A DNA stretch of 64,000 nt from Hyalangium minutum (GTDB lineage: Bacteria > Myxococcota > Myxococcia > Myxococcales > Myxococcaceae), in NCBI RefSeq assembly GCF_000737315.1, contig NZ_JMCB01000028.1:181119-245118 (forward strand), written 5' to 3'. Both the position numbers and the translations under genes were made by a program. Shown in pieces: positions 38,184 through 47,676 of the stretch. Under the pieces are notes generated by a model. It was not told the origin of the DNA. It did no database searches and saw only the letters and a program-made list of their open reading frames with translations. Positions within the stretch are counted from its first letter, which is position 1. Each line of letters opens with the position of its first letter.

Positions 38184-40070
38184 TCAGGCAGGATGAGGAA
38201 CACGGGGACCGGGAGGCGTCCTCGCTCCACCGATACCCTGCTCCTGCCGGAGCGCGTCGTCCAGCCGCCGCTGGTGTGCCGCGAGCAGATCACTCCGCGT
38301 GACGATGCCTACCACCCGGGCCGGCGCGTCACGGCGCACCACGGGCAGCCGCCCCACGCCCTCGTGGACCATGTGGTCCGCCGCCTCGCGCAGGGAGCAG
38401 TCCTCGAAGACGACGGCTGCGGGGCGCCGGATCACCTCGCGCAGGCGCCGCCCGGCAGGCTCCGTCCCATCCAGCAAGTCCCTCCGGGTGACGACGCCCA
38501 CCAGCTGGCCGGCCGCGTCCACCACGGGGAAGCCCTGGTGGCTGGTACCCTCGACCCCGGAGGCCAGCCACGCTCGCACCTTCTCCAGCGTCTCCTCCGC
38601 CGCGAGCGTCGCCACCGGCCGCAACCCGAAGTCCCTCACGAGCGCATGAGCCAGTGCGTCCACGCCATACTCGGTGGGCACGCGGGCCCCTCTGCGTGCG
38701 ATCTTCTCCGTCATGATGGAGTGGCGCATGAGGAGCGTGGACACGAGGTACGCCGCCGTGCACCCGCCCAGCAGTGGCAGCAGCCCCAGCGGCTGGCGCG
38801 TGGTCTCGAACGCGAACACGACAGAGGCCAGCAGCGCGCGCGAGGCCCCCGCGAAGATGGCCGCCATGCCCACCAGCGCCGCGATGCGGATGTCCACGCC
38901 CAGCCCTGGCGCCAGCCACACGAGCAGGGCGCCCAGCCCCGAGCCGATACCTCCTCCGATGGTGAACAGCGGCGCCAGCGTCCCGCCTGAGGTGCCGCTG
39001 CCGAGCGCGATGGACCAGGAGAGGAACTTCATCAGGCAGAAGAAGAGCATCGCCGTGCCGACAAACTGGCCGCCGATGATGTCCTCGATGTTGGTGTAGC
39101 CCACGCCCAGGGTTCGCGGCGAGAAGTAGCCCACCACTCCCACCACCAGGCCCCCAAGCGCTGGCCACCACATCCAGTGGAGCGGGAGCTTCTCGAAGGC
39201 ATCCTCGATGGCGTACACGGCGCGGGTGCAGAACACGGAGGCCAGGCCCACGATGCCGCCCAGGAGGATGTAGCAGGCGAGCGCGGCTCCTCCCGGCTGG
39301 ACGAGATCGGGCATGCCGAAGGCCGGCGCTCCACCCACGAAGGCGATGCGCACGCCCGTCGCAGTGGCGGTGGCCAGCGCCACCGGGATGACGGAGCGCG
39401 GGCGGTACTCGAACAGCAACAACTCCACCGCGAGCAGCACCGCGGAGACGGGCGCGCCGAAAGTGGCCGCCATGCCCGCCGCCGCACCGGCCGCGAGCAG
39501 CGCCTTGCGCTCATTGGCCGTCACCTTCAAGAGCTGCCCCACGAACGAGCCGAGCGCTCCCCCCGTGGCGATGATAGGCCCCTCGGCACCAAAGGGCCCT
39601 CCCGTACCGATGGCGATCGCCGACGACAGCGGTTTGAGGAACGTCACCCGGGGAGGAATGCGGCTCTGGTTGAAGAGGACCTGCTCCATGGCCTCGGGGA
39701 TGCCGTGGCCGCGGATGGCCCGGGAGCCATAACGCGCCATCACCCCCACCACGAGCGCCCCCAACACGGGGATGACGATGACCCACGCGCCCAGCGTGTG
39801 GTCCGCTGGGGAGACCGGAGCCGCAGAGAAGCGGCCAAAGAAGGCCAGGTTCGTGAAGAGGTGGATCAGCCGCGTGAGCAGCTGGGCCACGAAGCCCGCC
39901 GCGACGGCCAGGAGGATGGCCACACCGCTGATGAACACGACGCGGCGATCCACGGGCTCCAGGACCGTGGGGGCGCGCACGCTCTGCAGGGCTGGCCCCA
40001 TCGAAGGCGCGACGGGGAGCACCTCGTGGGAGACGCCCTCACCCACCTCGGAGATCTCAGGTTTCTTCAT
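38184..40070 (-). CDS. ClC-family chloride channel/antiporter with tandem CBS domains
   Basis: GHGIPE, GGPFGAEGP, GTSGGTLAP, C-terminal HQGFPVV/GRLPVV CBS pair. Confidence 0.9.
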   Translation of the reverse strand: MKKPEISEVGEGVSHEVLPVAPSMGPALQSVRAPTVLEPVDRRVVFISGVAILLAVAAGFVAQLLTRLIHLFTNLAFFGRFSAAPVSPADHTLGAWVIVIPVLGALVVGVMARYGSRAIRGHGIPEAMEQVLFNQSRIPPRVTFLKPLSSAIAIGTGGPFGAEGPIIATGGALGSFVGQLLKVTANERKALLAAGAAAGMAATFGAPVSAVLLAVELLLFEYRPRSVIPVALATATATGVRIAFVGGAPAFGMPDLVQPGGAALACYILLGGIVGLASVFCTRAVYAIEDAFEKLPLHWMWWPALGGLVVGVVGYFSPRTLGVGYTNIEDIIGGQFVGTAMLFFCLMKFLSWSIALGSGTSGGTLAPLFTIGGGIGSGLGALLVWLAPGLGVDIRIAALVGMAAIFAGASRALLASVVFAFETTRQPLGLLPLLGGCTAAYLVSTLLMRHSIMTEKIARRGARVPTEYGVDALAHALVRDFGLRPVATLAAEETLEKVRAWLASGVEGTSHQGFPVVDAAGQLVGVVTRRDLLDGTEPAGRRLREVIRRPAAVVFEDCSLREAADHMVHEGVGRLPVVRRDAPARVVGIVTRSDLLAAHQRRLDDALRQEQGIGGARTPPGPRVPHPA

Positions 40071-40629
40071 GGCTCTTTCTCCGCGTCCGGCGTGGAAGCG
40101 AGGATGTCTCGTCCTCGAAGAAGAGGGCGGGGGCCTGCGTGTCGGCGCCAATCTCCCGCACCAGCGCTGCGAGCCCTTGCGCCAGGATGCTCCGCTCGGA
40201 GGCCTCCATCCGGCCCAGCCCAGCGATGAGGTGGGCCTGGGCCATGGGCGGAGCCCGGCGCAGGAGCGTGCGTCCGTTGGGACTGAGCGCCACCTCGGCG
40301 CGGCGTGCATCGGTCTCGGAGGCCCGGCGGGTGACGAGCCCCCGCTCGATGAGCCGGCTCACGACGACGGAGACCGAGCTCTGGTGCGTGAGAGTCCGCT
40401 CGGCCAGCTCACCGATGGAGCATGCGCCCGCGTCCGCGAGCTGCTGCATCACGAAGAGCTGGGCGCCGCTGATGCCCACCAGCCGCTCGGAGGCACGGGC
40501 GGACACACGCAGCATTCGCACGATGCGCCGGATGGAGTCCATCACGGCCCGGGTGTCCTCCAGCGCCTCTCGTGGCTGCGCTCCGGAAGAGCGCTCCTGG
40601 CGTCTGCGAGGTTTTGCATGGGAGCCCAT
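40057..40629 (-). CDS. MarR-family transcriptional regulator
   Basis: ISGAQLFVM, wHTH LAERTLTHQSSVSVVVSRLIERGLV, DARR; overlaps ClC start by 14 nt. Confidence 0.88.
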   Translation of the reverse strand: MGSHAKPRRRQERSSGAQPREALEDTRAVMDSIRRIVRMLRVSARASERLVGISGAQLFVMQQLADAGACSIGELAERTLTHQSSVSVVVSRLIERGLVTRRASETDARRAEVALSPNGRTLLRRAPPMAQAHLIAGLGRMEASERSILAQGLAALVREIGADTQAPALFFEDETSSLPRRTRRKSHEET

Positions 40630-40871
40630 ATAATTCTCCGGGCCGAAAGTACGAGCCTGCCCCGTCCTTCGCAAGTGCGGCCTGGCAGGGAGCCTCTCGC
40701 CCTCCCGCTCCAAACGTTGGAGGAGCAAGCAGGACTGGAGCGAGCCATGAGTCCGCCTCACCCCACCTACCTGCTGCCACGTGGCTGACACTCAGAGGGC
40801 ACAAGTCGATCCAGCGCGTCCGTGTTGCGGCAATAGAGGGCAACCCTCTCACGCCTCAGGAGCGAGCCGTT

Positions 40872-41576
40872 GTGAACCTTCGACTCCTTCTTCTTCCGTC
40901 TCTCCTCCTCCTCTTCTGTCTCTCCTCCCCCGCGCTCGCACAGTCCGAGGACTCCCCACCTTCTGGGAACGGACGGCTGCTCACCACGGACGCCGCCACC
41001 GTCATCGCCCACCCGGTGATTGGCCTGCAGCGCTCGGCGCTTCCGCTGGTGGGAGGGCTCGTGCTGGACACCTCGCTCATCGCGGACGTGATGCTGGCGC
41101 CGAACCTGGGCCTGCGCTGGGCGATGGAGGCCGGCCCGCACCGCTTCGTGGCCGGCGCGCGCTACACGCACTTCGTCGGTGCATCCGTCTATTCCTCGGC
41201 CGTCACGGGACGGGAGCCCGCCCTCGACAGCTTCGAGCCCACGCTGTCGGGCCCCACCGTTTATGGCGCCTATGGCCTGGCGCTCGGGCCCCTGACTGTC
41301 CAGGGCGAGGCGCGCTATGCGCACTACGAGTCGGACTATCTCGCGGTGACGGGTGCGGCGGCCTTCCACCTCACCCAGACGCTCCAGCTCATCGCGGAGG
41401 CGGGTGTGCGCCTGAAGGGAGGCTCCAAGCTGCGGGCCGCCGCGGGCGTGCGCTACGGCGGTGAGCACCTGGGCGTGGCCCTGGGTGCCGCATACGTGGA
41501 CATTGATGAGCCGGCCTTCCCTGGCGGCGGGCTCGCTGTGGCGCCCGTGCTCGATCTCTCCTGGACCTTCCGATGA
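40872..41576 (+). CDS. Predicted outer-membrane beta-barrel protein
   Basis: Sec signal ending ALA-Q; alternating hydrophobic beta pattern; C-terminal LDLSWTF(R) beta-signal. Confidence 0.6.
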   Translation: MNLRLLLLPSLLLLFCLSSPALAQSEDSPPSGNGRLLTTDAATVIAHPVIGLQRSALPLVGGLVLDTSLIADVMLAPNLGLRWAMEAGPHRFVAGARYTHFVGASVYSSAVTGREPALDSFEPTLSGPTVYGAYGLALGPLTVQGEARYAHYESDYLAVTGAAAFHLTQTLQLIAEAGVRLKGGSKLRAAAGVRYGGEHLGVALGAAYVDIDEPAFPGGGLAVAPVLDLSWTFR

Positions 41577-41584
41577 GGCCCCCC

Positions 41585-42154
41585 ATGATTCGCGCGCTCT
41601 TTCCCTGTGTGCTGCTGCTCACCGCGTGCTCGGCCGAGGTGGCTGTCACCACCGAGCCCTTCGACCAGAGCGTCCAGGTCACCTCGCTGCTGGAGCCCGT
41701 CTACGCCGAGGTCGCCATCGACGTGCCCAATGAGGCGGTGGGCGACGTCATCCTCCGGGAGATCTCCGCGAGCCTGACGGTGGTGAACCCGACGCGGACG
41801 CTGACCCTGGAGGCGGGCGCCCGGCTGGCGCTGAACGGCAAGGCCGAGCCAGGCACACCCCTGTTCTACACGAACAACAACCTGCCCTCGTATTTCAGCG
41901 CCGCCTCCGTGCTGCTGACCACGCAGGCCTTCGCTCCCGGCGAGCGCAAGCCCTTCACCATCACGGATCCGGTGCTCGTGCAGGCGGTGGGCAAGAAGCG
42001 CATCTGGCTCATCGTCAACAACACGGTGAAGCGACTGGGCATTGGCACGGACACGCTGCCGGTCAACATCGTCCTGGAGGACATCACCTTCCATGCCGTG
42101 GTGACCAAGCCCTTCCCCGGGGTGGGCGGCGCCCTGGAGGTCGGAGGGCTCTGA
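41585..42154 (+). CDS. All-beta lipoprotein of unknown function
   Basis: Lipobox LTAC; in operon with barrel gene (alternative ATG 41573 overlaps its stop). Confidence 0.7.
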   Translation: MIRALFPCVLLLTACSAEVAVTTEPFDQSVQVTSLLEPVYAEVAIDVPNEAVGDVILREISASLTVVNPTRTLTLEAGARLALNGKAEPGTPLFYTNNNLPSYFSAASVLLTTQAFAPGERKPFTITDPVLVQAVGKKRIWLIVNNTVKRLGIGTDTLPVNIVLEDITFHAVVTKPFPGVGGALEVGGL

Positions 42155-42187
42155 ATCCGGGCACGGGGTCGGGTACGCTGGGGCCCC

Positions 42188-42970
42188 GTGTTCACGCTCA
42201 CGCTCCTGCTCCTGACCGCTGCCCCTGACGCGCCCCTGCGCGCCGCTCCCGCCGCGCTGCTCTCCCAGTCCTCCACCGAGGACGCGAAGAGCATGCGGGA
42301 GCGCGCTCGCAAGCTTGCGGAAGAACTCCGATACGAGGAGGCCGTGGTGGAGTACCAGCGCTACCTGGCCCTGCCGGATCGGCCCGCCACTGAGCGTGCC
42401 CAGGCCCTGCTGGAGCTGGGCTACATCCACCTGCAGCTGGAAGACGCCACCACCGCCGAGCTGCGCATCACCGAGGCGCTCGAGCAGGATGCCTGGGTCC
42501 GTCCCCCGGCCGGAGCCCCGCCCAAGCAGGTGGAGCTGCTGGAGCGGGTGCGCGCGCAGCTCGCGGCCCGGCCGAAGCTGGAGGTGCTCCCGCGCGAGGG
42601 CTCCGCCGACCCGCGGCTCGTGCGTGCCTCCTTGAAGGACCCTCAGGGCAAGACGAGCCAGGTGCTGCTGCGCCACGCCCCCGTCCCGGATGGCCCCTAC
42701 CGCGCCGCGCGGATGACCTGCGAAGGGGACACGTGCGCGGGAGAGCTGCCCACGCCCGGAAACTCCAGGAACTTCACGGCCTGGTACTTCCTGGAGGCGC
42801 TGGATGCCCAGGGCAACACGCTGGCCCGGGCCGCTACCCCCAAAGCCCCCTTGCAGCTCTCCGTCATCGAGCAGCGCGCCTGGTACGAGAGCCCCTGGGT
42901 GTACGCGGGCGGTGCGGCGGTGCTGATTGGCGCCGCGGCCGTCTTCTTCGTCGCCGCGGATCCAGGCTGA
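42188..42970 (+). CDS. TPR + Ig-like protein with C-terminal membrane anchor
   Basis: Signal-like N-terminus, TPR helices (AVVEYQRYL, ALLELGYIHL), WYESPWVYAGGAAVLIG tail typical of myxobacterial TPR/PEGA proteins. Confidence 0.7.
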   Translation: MFTLTLLLLTAAPDAPLRAAPAALLSQSSTEDAKSMRERARKLAEELRYEEAVVEYQRYLALPDRPATERAQALLELGYIHLQLEDATTAELRITEALEQDAWVRPPAGAPPKQVELLERVRAQLAARPKLEVLPREGSADPRLVRASLKDPQGKTSQVLLRHAPVPDGPYRAARMTCEGDTCAGELPTPGNSRNFTAWYFLEALDAQGNTLARAATPKAPLQLSVIEQRAWYESPWVYAGGAAVLIGAAAVFFVAADPG

Positions 42971-43092
42971 GCGACCCCCTCTCCCAGAGGGTCCACCGTT
43001 AGACAGGTGCATGCCCGGAGGTGCACTCCCTCACCAATCCCTCACCAATCTTTGTGAGCCCACGTCACCTCGGGGGTAGATTCCCCGCCCCT

Positions 43093-45651
43093 ATGGCTCA
43101 CCTGACCGAAGACAAGAACTTCCGCCTTCCTCGGACTGTCCTTCCCCGCCGCTACCTCTCGACGGTGACGCTCAACCTGGATGAGCACACCTTCTCCGGC
43201 TCGCAGACCATCGAGCTGGAGGTGACGGGGGCCACCGACGAGCTCATCCTCCACGGCATCGCGCTGCAGCTCGGCAAGGTGACGTTCCGTGCTGGCTCTT
43301 CGCAGCTCACCCCCACCTCCATCCAGCCGGCGCAACAGAGCGAGACGCTGGTGCTGCGCTTCGACAAGCCACTGCCCACGGGGACCGCCTCGCTGGATGT
43401 GGAGTGGACGGGCCGCTTCACCGAGGGCCTGCGCGGCCTCTATCTGGCGGGCAAGGTCGCCGCCACGCAGTTCGAGGCCGCTGACGCCCGGCGCCTCTTC
43501 CCCTGCTTCGATGAGCCCTCCTTCAAGGCGCGCTGGGCCATCACGGTGCGCATTCCCCCGACGCCGGGCCTGGTGGCGCTCTCCAACGGCGCCATCGTCT
43601 CGGACACCACCGAGGGCACCCTGCGCACGGTGAAGTTCCAGGAGATGGACGTGCTGAGCTCCTATCTCATCGCCCTGGTGGTGGGCCCGCTGGTAGGTAC
43701 GGCGGAGGAGAAGGTGAATGGCGTGCCCGTGCGCACGTGGGCCCTGCCGGAGAAGGCGCACCTGGCGCGCTTCGGCCAGGACGCGGCGCTGGCGGCACTG
43801 CCCCGGCTCCAGGATTACTTCGGCCTGCCGTATGCCTACGGCAAGGTGGATCAGGTCGGCATCCCGGACTTCGAGGCAGGCGCCATGGAGAACGCGGGCC
43901 TCATCACCTACCGCGAGGTGGCGCTGCTGCTCGACCCCGCCAGCGCGCCGCTGTCCGTGCAGAAGCGGGTGGCCGAGGTGGTGACGCACGAGCTGGCGCA
44001 CCAGTGGTTCGGCAACTGGGTGACGATGGTGTGGTGGGACGACCTGTGGCTCAACGAGGCGTTCGCCACGTGGATGGCGTTCAAGATCGTCGATGCGTGG
44101 CGGCCGGACTGGCGCGTGTGGCTGGACTTCGACTCAGGCAAGGCGGCGGCGCTGCACCTGGATGCGCTCAAGTCCACGCACCCCATCCGCGGCGAGGTGC
44201 GCAACGCCAGCGAGGCCGGCGAGAGCTTCGACCTCATCACCTATGAGAAGGGCGGCGCGGTGCTGCGGATGATCGAGGGCTTCCTCGGAGAGGGCCCGTT
44301 CCGCGAGGGCATCCGCCAGTACATGCGCACCCACGCGCGTGGCAACGCGGTGGCGGACGACCTGTGGGGGGCGCTCGGCGCGGCCTCCTCGCAGCCGGTG
44401 GTGGAGCTGGCCAACGCGTGGATCGGCCAGAGTGGCTACCCGCTGCTGTCGGTGAAGCAGGACGGGCGCAAGCTGACACTGAGCCAGCGGCGGTTCTACA
44501 CGGAGCCGGGGGTGAGCAGCGGCGAGCGTTGGCCCGTGCCAGTGGTGCTGCGCTTCGCGGACAGCGGTGGCGTGCGAGAGCACCGCTTCCTGCTGCGCGA
44601 CGAGCAAGCCACGGTGACGCTGGAGGGCAGCGGCGAGGTGAAGTGGCTGTTCGCCAACGCGGGCTCCACCGGCTTCTACCGCGTGGCCTACGACGGGCCG
44701 ATGCTGGAGAAGCTGGCCGCGAACCTCTCGGCGCTGGCGCCCGCCGAGCGCATCTCGCTGCTGGCGGACCGCTGGGCGCTGGTGCGATCCGGGCAGTCCT
44801 CCGCGGCGGACTTCCTGGAGCTGGCCAGCCGCTTCGGTGGCGAGGAGGACGACGCCGTCCTCGAGGAGCTGGTGGGCCGCCTGAGCTACGTGGAGTCGCG
44901 GCTGGTGGACGGCGAGGACCAGGAGCGCTTCCGCCGCTGGGTGGAGAAGCTGCTGGGTCCGGCCCTGACAAAGCTGGGCTGGGAGTCGGCCGCGGGCGAG
45001 TCGGACCGGGTGAAGCTGCGGCGCGCGGCGCTGGTGCGCGCGGTGGGTGTGCTCGCGCGCGGCGGCCAGGCGCTCGCTGACGCGCGGCCGCGGATCACGA
45101 AGGTGCTGGCGGGAGACAAGACGGCGCTGGAGCCGAACCTGCTGGACAGCGCGGTGCACATGGTGGCGCGAGCGGGAGACGCGGCGCTGTTCGACACGCT
45201 CCTGGAGAAGCTGAAGACGGATCCAGACCCGGCCACGCAGCGCCGGTACCTGTCGGCGCTGGCCTCGTTCGAGAACCCGGCGCTGGCGCAGCGGGGCCAG
45301 GACCTGTTCTTCACGGAGACGGTGAAGATGCAGGACGTGACCATCTACCTCGGCTCGCTGCTGGGCAACCGGACGGGCCGCGACGCGTGGTGGAAGGTGA
45401 TCCAGGAGCGCTGGAAGGACGTGGTCGCCCGCACCGGCGGAGCTCCCATGCTGCTGCGGCGCGTCGTGGAAGCCCTGGGTGCGCTGCGCACTCGCCAGCA
45501 GCTCGAGGAGACGAAGGCCCTGCTGCAGGTGCACCCCGTCAATGAGGCCCATCAAGCCATGGCGCAGACGCTGGAGCGGCTGAGCCAGGATGTCGCACTG
45601 CGTGAGAGGACCGGGGCGGACGTCGTCGCCTGGCTCAAGCGCCAGCCTTGA
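43093..45651 (+). CDS. pepN: M1 family aminopeptidase with ERAP1-like C-terminal domain
   Basis: GAMEN, HELAH-x18-E (WLNEAF), YEKGG. Confidence 0.93.
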   Translation: MAHLTEDKNFRLPRTVLPRRYLSTVTLNLDEHTFSGSQTIELEVTGATDELILHGIALQLGKVTFRAGSSQLTPTSIQPAQQSETLVLRFDKPLPTGTASLDVEWTGRFTEGLRGLYLAGKVAATQFEAADARRLFPCFDEPSFKARWAITVRIPPTPGLVALSNGAIVSDTTEGTLRTVKFQEMDVLSSYLIALVVGPLVGTAEEKVNGVPVRTWALPEKAHLARFGQDAALAALPRLQDYFGLPYAYGKVDQVGIPDFEAGAMENAGLITYREVALLLDPASAPLSVQKRVAEVVTHELAHQWFGNWVTMVWWDDLWLNEAFATWMAFKIVDAWRPDWRVWLDFDSGKAAALHLDALKSTHPIRGEVRNASEAGESFDLITYEKGGAVLRMIEGFLGEGPFREGIRQYMRTHARGNAVADDLWGALGAASSQPVVELANAWIGQSGYPLLSVKQDGRKLTLSQRRFYTEPGVSSGERWPVPVVLRFADSGGVREHRFLLRDEQATVTLEGSGEVKWLFANAGSTGFYRVAYDGPMLEKLAANLSALAPAERISLLADRWALVRSGQSSAADFLELASRFGGEEDDAVLEELVGRLSYVESRLVDGEDQERFRRWVEKLLGPALTKLGWESAAGESDRVKLRRAALVRAVGVLARGGQALADARPRITKVLAGDKTALEPNLLDSAVHMVARAGDAALFDTLLEKLKTDPDPATQRRYLSALASFENPALAQRGQDLFFTETVKMQDVTIYLGSLLGNRTGRDAWWKVIQERWKDVVARTGGAPMLLRRVVEALGALRTRQQLEETKALLQVHPVNEAHQAMAQTLERLSQDVALRERTGADVVAWLKRQP

Positions 45652-45662
45652 TGCGCTGGGTC

Positions 45663-45684
45663 GAGAGGGACTGCGGTCCCTCTC
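45663..45684 (+). terminator. Hairpin after pepN
   Basis: GAGAGGGAC-TGCG-GTCCCTCTC; no U-tract. Confidence 0.45.
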
Positions 45685-45791
45685 ACCGGAGCGTCACTTG
45701 ACGCAGTCTTTCCACCTGCGTCAGCGTGCGGCCCCCGTTGATGCCGTGTCACATCTCCCGTGACACGGACGTCACGAACAAGGAGCCTCAC

Positions 45792-46943
45792 TTGCACCCC
45801 CACACCTCCCCTCGTTCGCCTCGCTCTTCCCTGCGAAGCCTTCTCCGCTTGTCCGTCGCGCTGCCGCTGCTGGCTGGCAGCGCCCTCTCGCTCACCGGCT
45901 GCAGCGATGAGGAGCTGCCCAAGCTGCTGGTGATCGGCCACCGCGGTGCGAGCGCGCTGCGTCCGGAGCACACGCTGGCGTCCTACCGCAAGGCGGTCGA
46001 GGACGGGGCGGACGTCATCGAGCCGGACGTGGTGTCCACCAAGGACGGCGTGCTCGTGGCTCGCCATGAGAACGAGATCGGCGGCACCACGAACGTCTCC
46101 ACGATCGCCAAGTTCGAGAGCTACAAGAAGACGAAGACCATCGACGGCGTGCAGATCACCGGCTGGTTCACCGAGGACTTCACCCTGGCCGAGCTCAAGG
46201 AGCTGCGCGCCCGTGAGCGCATCCCGGACATCCGCCCGGGCAACATGCAGTACAACGATCAGTTCGAGATCCCCACGCTCACCGAGGTCATCGAGCTGGC
46301 CAAGGAGCTGTCCGACTCCACCGGGCGCACCATCCACATCACCCCGGAGACCAAGCACCCCACCTACTTCCAGTCCATCAACCTGCCGCTGGAGGACAAG
46401 CTGGTGGAGACGCTGAAGGCGAACGACTTCACCAAGAACAAGGCCTACGTCTTCATCCAGTCCTTCGAGACCACGAACCTCAAGGCCCTGCGGCAGAAGA
46501 TCGGCACCTCGCAGGAGAAGTGGAAGCTGATGCAGCTGATCGACTCGGCGGAGAAGGCGCCCTATGACCTCGTGGCCGCCGGTGACACGCGCAAGTACGG
46601 GGACCTGCTGACCCAGGCGAGCATCAAGGAGATCGCCAAGTACGCGGACGGCGTCTCTCCCTACAAGCTGAACCTCATCAACGTGGACAGCGCGGGCGCA
46701 TTCCAGACTCCGACCGACGTCATCCGCTTCGCGCACGAGGAGGGGCTGCTCGTGCACTCGTGGACCTTCCGTCCCGAGAACAACTTCCTGCCCGCGCCGC
46801 TCAAATCGAACAGCACGGCCTCCACGCGCAACGAGGCGGGCTCCGTCACGGAGATCCAGGAGTACCTCAAGGCCGGCCTCGATGGCGTCTTCACCGATGA
46901 CCCCGCCGTGGGCCGCAAGGCGGTGGATACGTTCAAGCCCTGA
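45792..46943 (+). CDS. Glycerophosphodiester phosphodiesterase (GlpQ-like) lipoprotein
   Basis: VIGHRGAS, PEHT, IEPDV, HENE, ETKHP, IQSFE, FTDDP; lipobox LTGC; TTG start after AAGGAG inferred (ORF open from 45726). Confidence 0.9.
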   Translation: MHPHTSPRSPRSSLRSLLRLSVALPLLAGSALSLTGCSDEELPKLLVIGHRGASALRPEHTLASYRKAVEDGADVIEPDVVSTKDGVLVARHENEIGGTTNVSTIAKFESYKKTKTIDGVQITGWFTEDFTLAELKELRARERIPDIRPGNMQYNDQFEIPTLTEVIELAKELSDSTGRTIHITPETKHPTYFQSINLPLEDKLVETLKANDFTKNKAYVFIQSFETTNLKALRQKIGTSQEKWKLMQLIDSAEKAPYDLVAAGDTRKYGDLLTQASIKEIAKYADGVSPYKLNLINVDSAGAFQTPTDVIRFAHEEGLLVHSWTFRPENNFLPAPLKSNSTASTRNEAGSVTEIQEYLKAGLDGVFTDDPAVGRKAVDTFKP

Positions 46944-46955
46944 TCAGAGGAAACG

Positions 46956-46990
46956 ACAGGCTCCCCCTTCCGAACATGCGGGGAGCCTGT
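46956..46990. terminator. Hairpin between convergent genes
   Basis: ACAGGCTCCCC ... GGGGAGCCTGT, 11-bp arms. Confidence 0.6.
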
Positions 46991-46995
46991 GCTGG

Positions 46996-47598
46996 CTATC
47001 GCGGGCCCATCAGGAACTCCAACGCGTCCTCCATTCGATCCTGGCCGAAGAACAGCTCGCCCTTCACGATGAAGTTGGGCGCGCCGAAGATGCCGAGCTG
47101 CGAAGCGCGCGTGGTCTGCTCCCGCAGGCGCAGCTTGTTCTCCGGTGACTCCGCCCGCTCGAGCACCGCGGGCGCATCCGCTCCCACCTGGGTGAGCGCC
47201 TCCTCCATGACAGCCCGTGCGGAGATGTCCTGATCCCAGGCGAAGTTCGCGGAGAAAACCGCTCGCACGAAGGCCGGTCCCCAGGGCTCTTCGGCCCCCG
47301 CGAGGGCCACCCGCGCCGCAAGCACGCTGTTGCGCGGAAACACGGTGGGCTTGCGCCACGGCAGCCCGTGCTTCGCGCACAGCCGCTCGAGGTCCCTCCA
47401 CATGTAGCGGCCGCGCACCGGGTTCACGTTGAAGGGCGAGTCCTTGATGCCCTGCTGCTCGGTAAAAATCGGCCCTAATAGGAACGGCCGCCAGAGCACC
47501 CGTGCACCTACCTTGCCTGCCACAGCCTCGACGCGCAGCGCCGCTACGTAAGAGTACGTACTTGCGAAATCAAACCAGAACTCGACCTCGCCACTCAT
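46996..47598 (-). CDS. 2-hydroxychromene-2-carboxylate isomerase / GST-kappa-like DsbA-family protein
   Basis: FWFDFASTYSY, WRPFLLG, GIFGAPNF, FFGQDR. Confidence 0.88.
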   Translation of the reverse strand: MSGEVEFWFDFASTYSYVAALRVEAVAGKVGARVLWRPFLLGPIFTEQQGIKDSPFNVNPVRGRYMWRDLERLCAKHGLPWRKPTVFPRNSVLAARVALAGAEEPWGPAFVRAVFSANFAWDQDISARAVMEEALTQVGADAPAVLERAESPENKLRLREQTTRASQLGIFGAPNFIVKGELFFGQDRMEDALEFLMGPR

Positions 47599-47676
47599 GC
47601 GCTCCTCCCACGATGCGCCTTGCTCCCGCGCGCGGCTGCATTCTAGCGTTCACCGCCTCTGACTCCGGGAGCGCAA

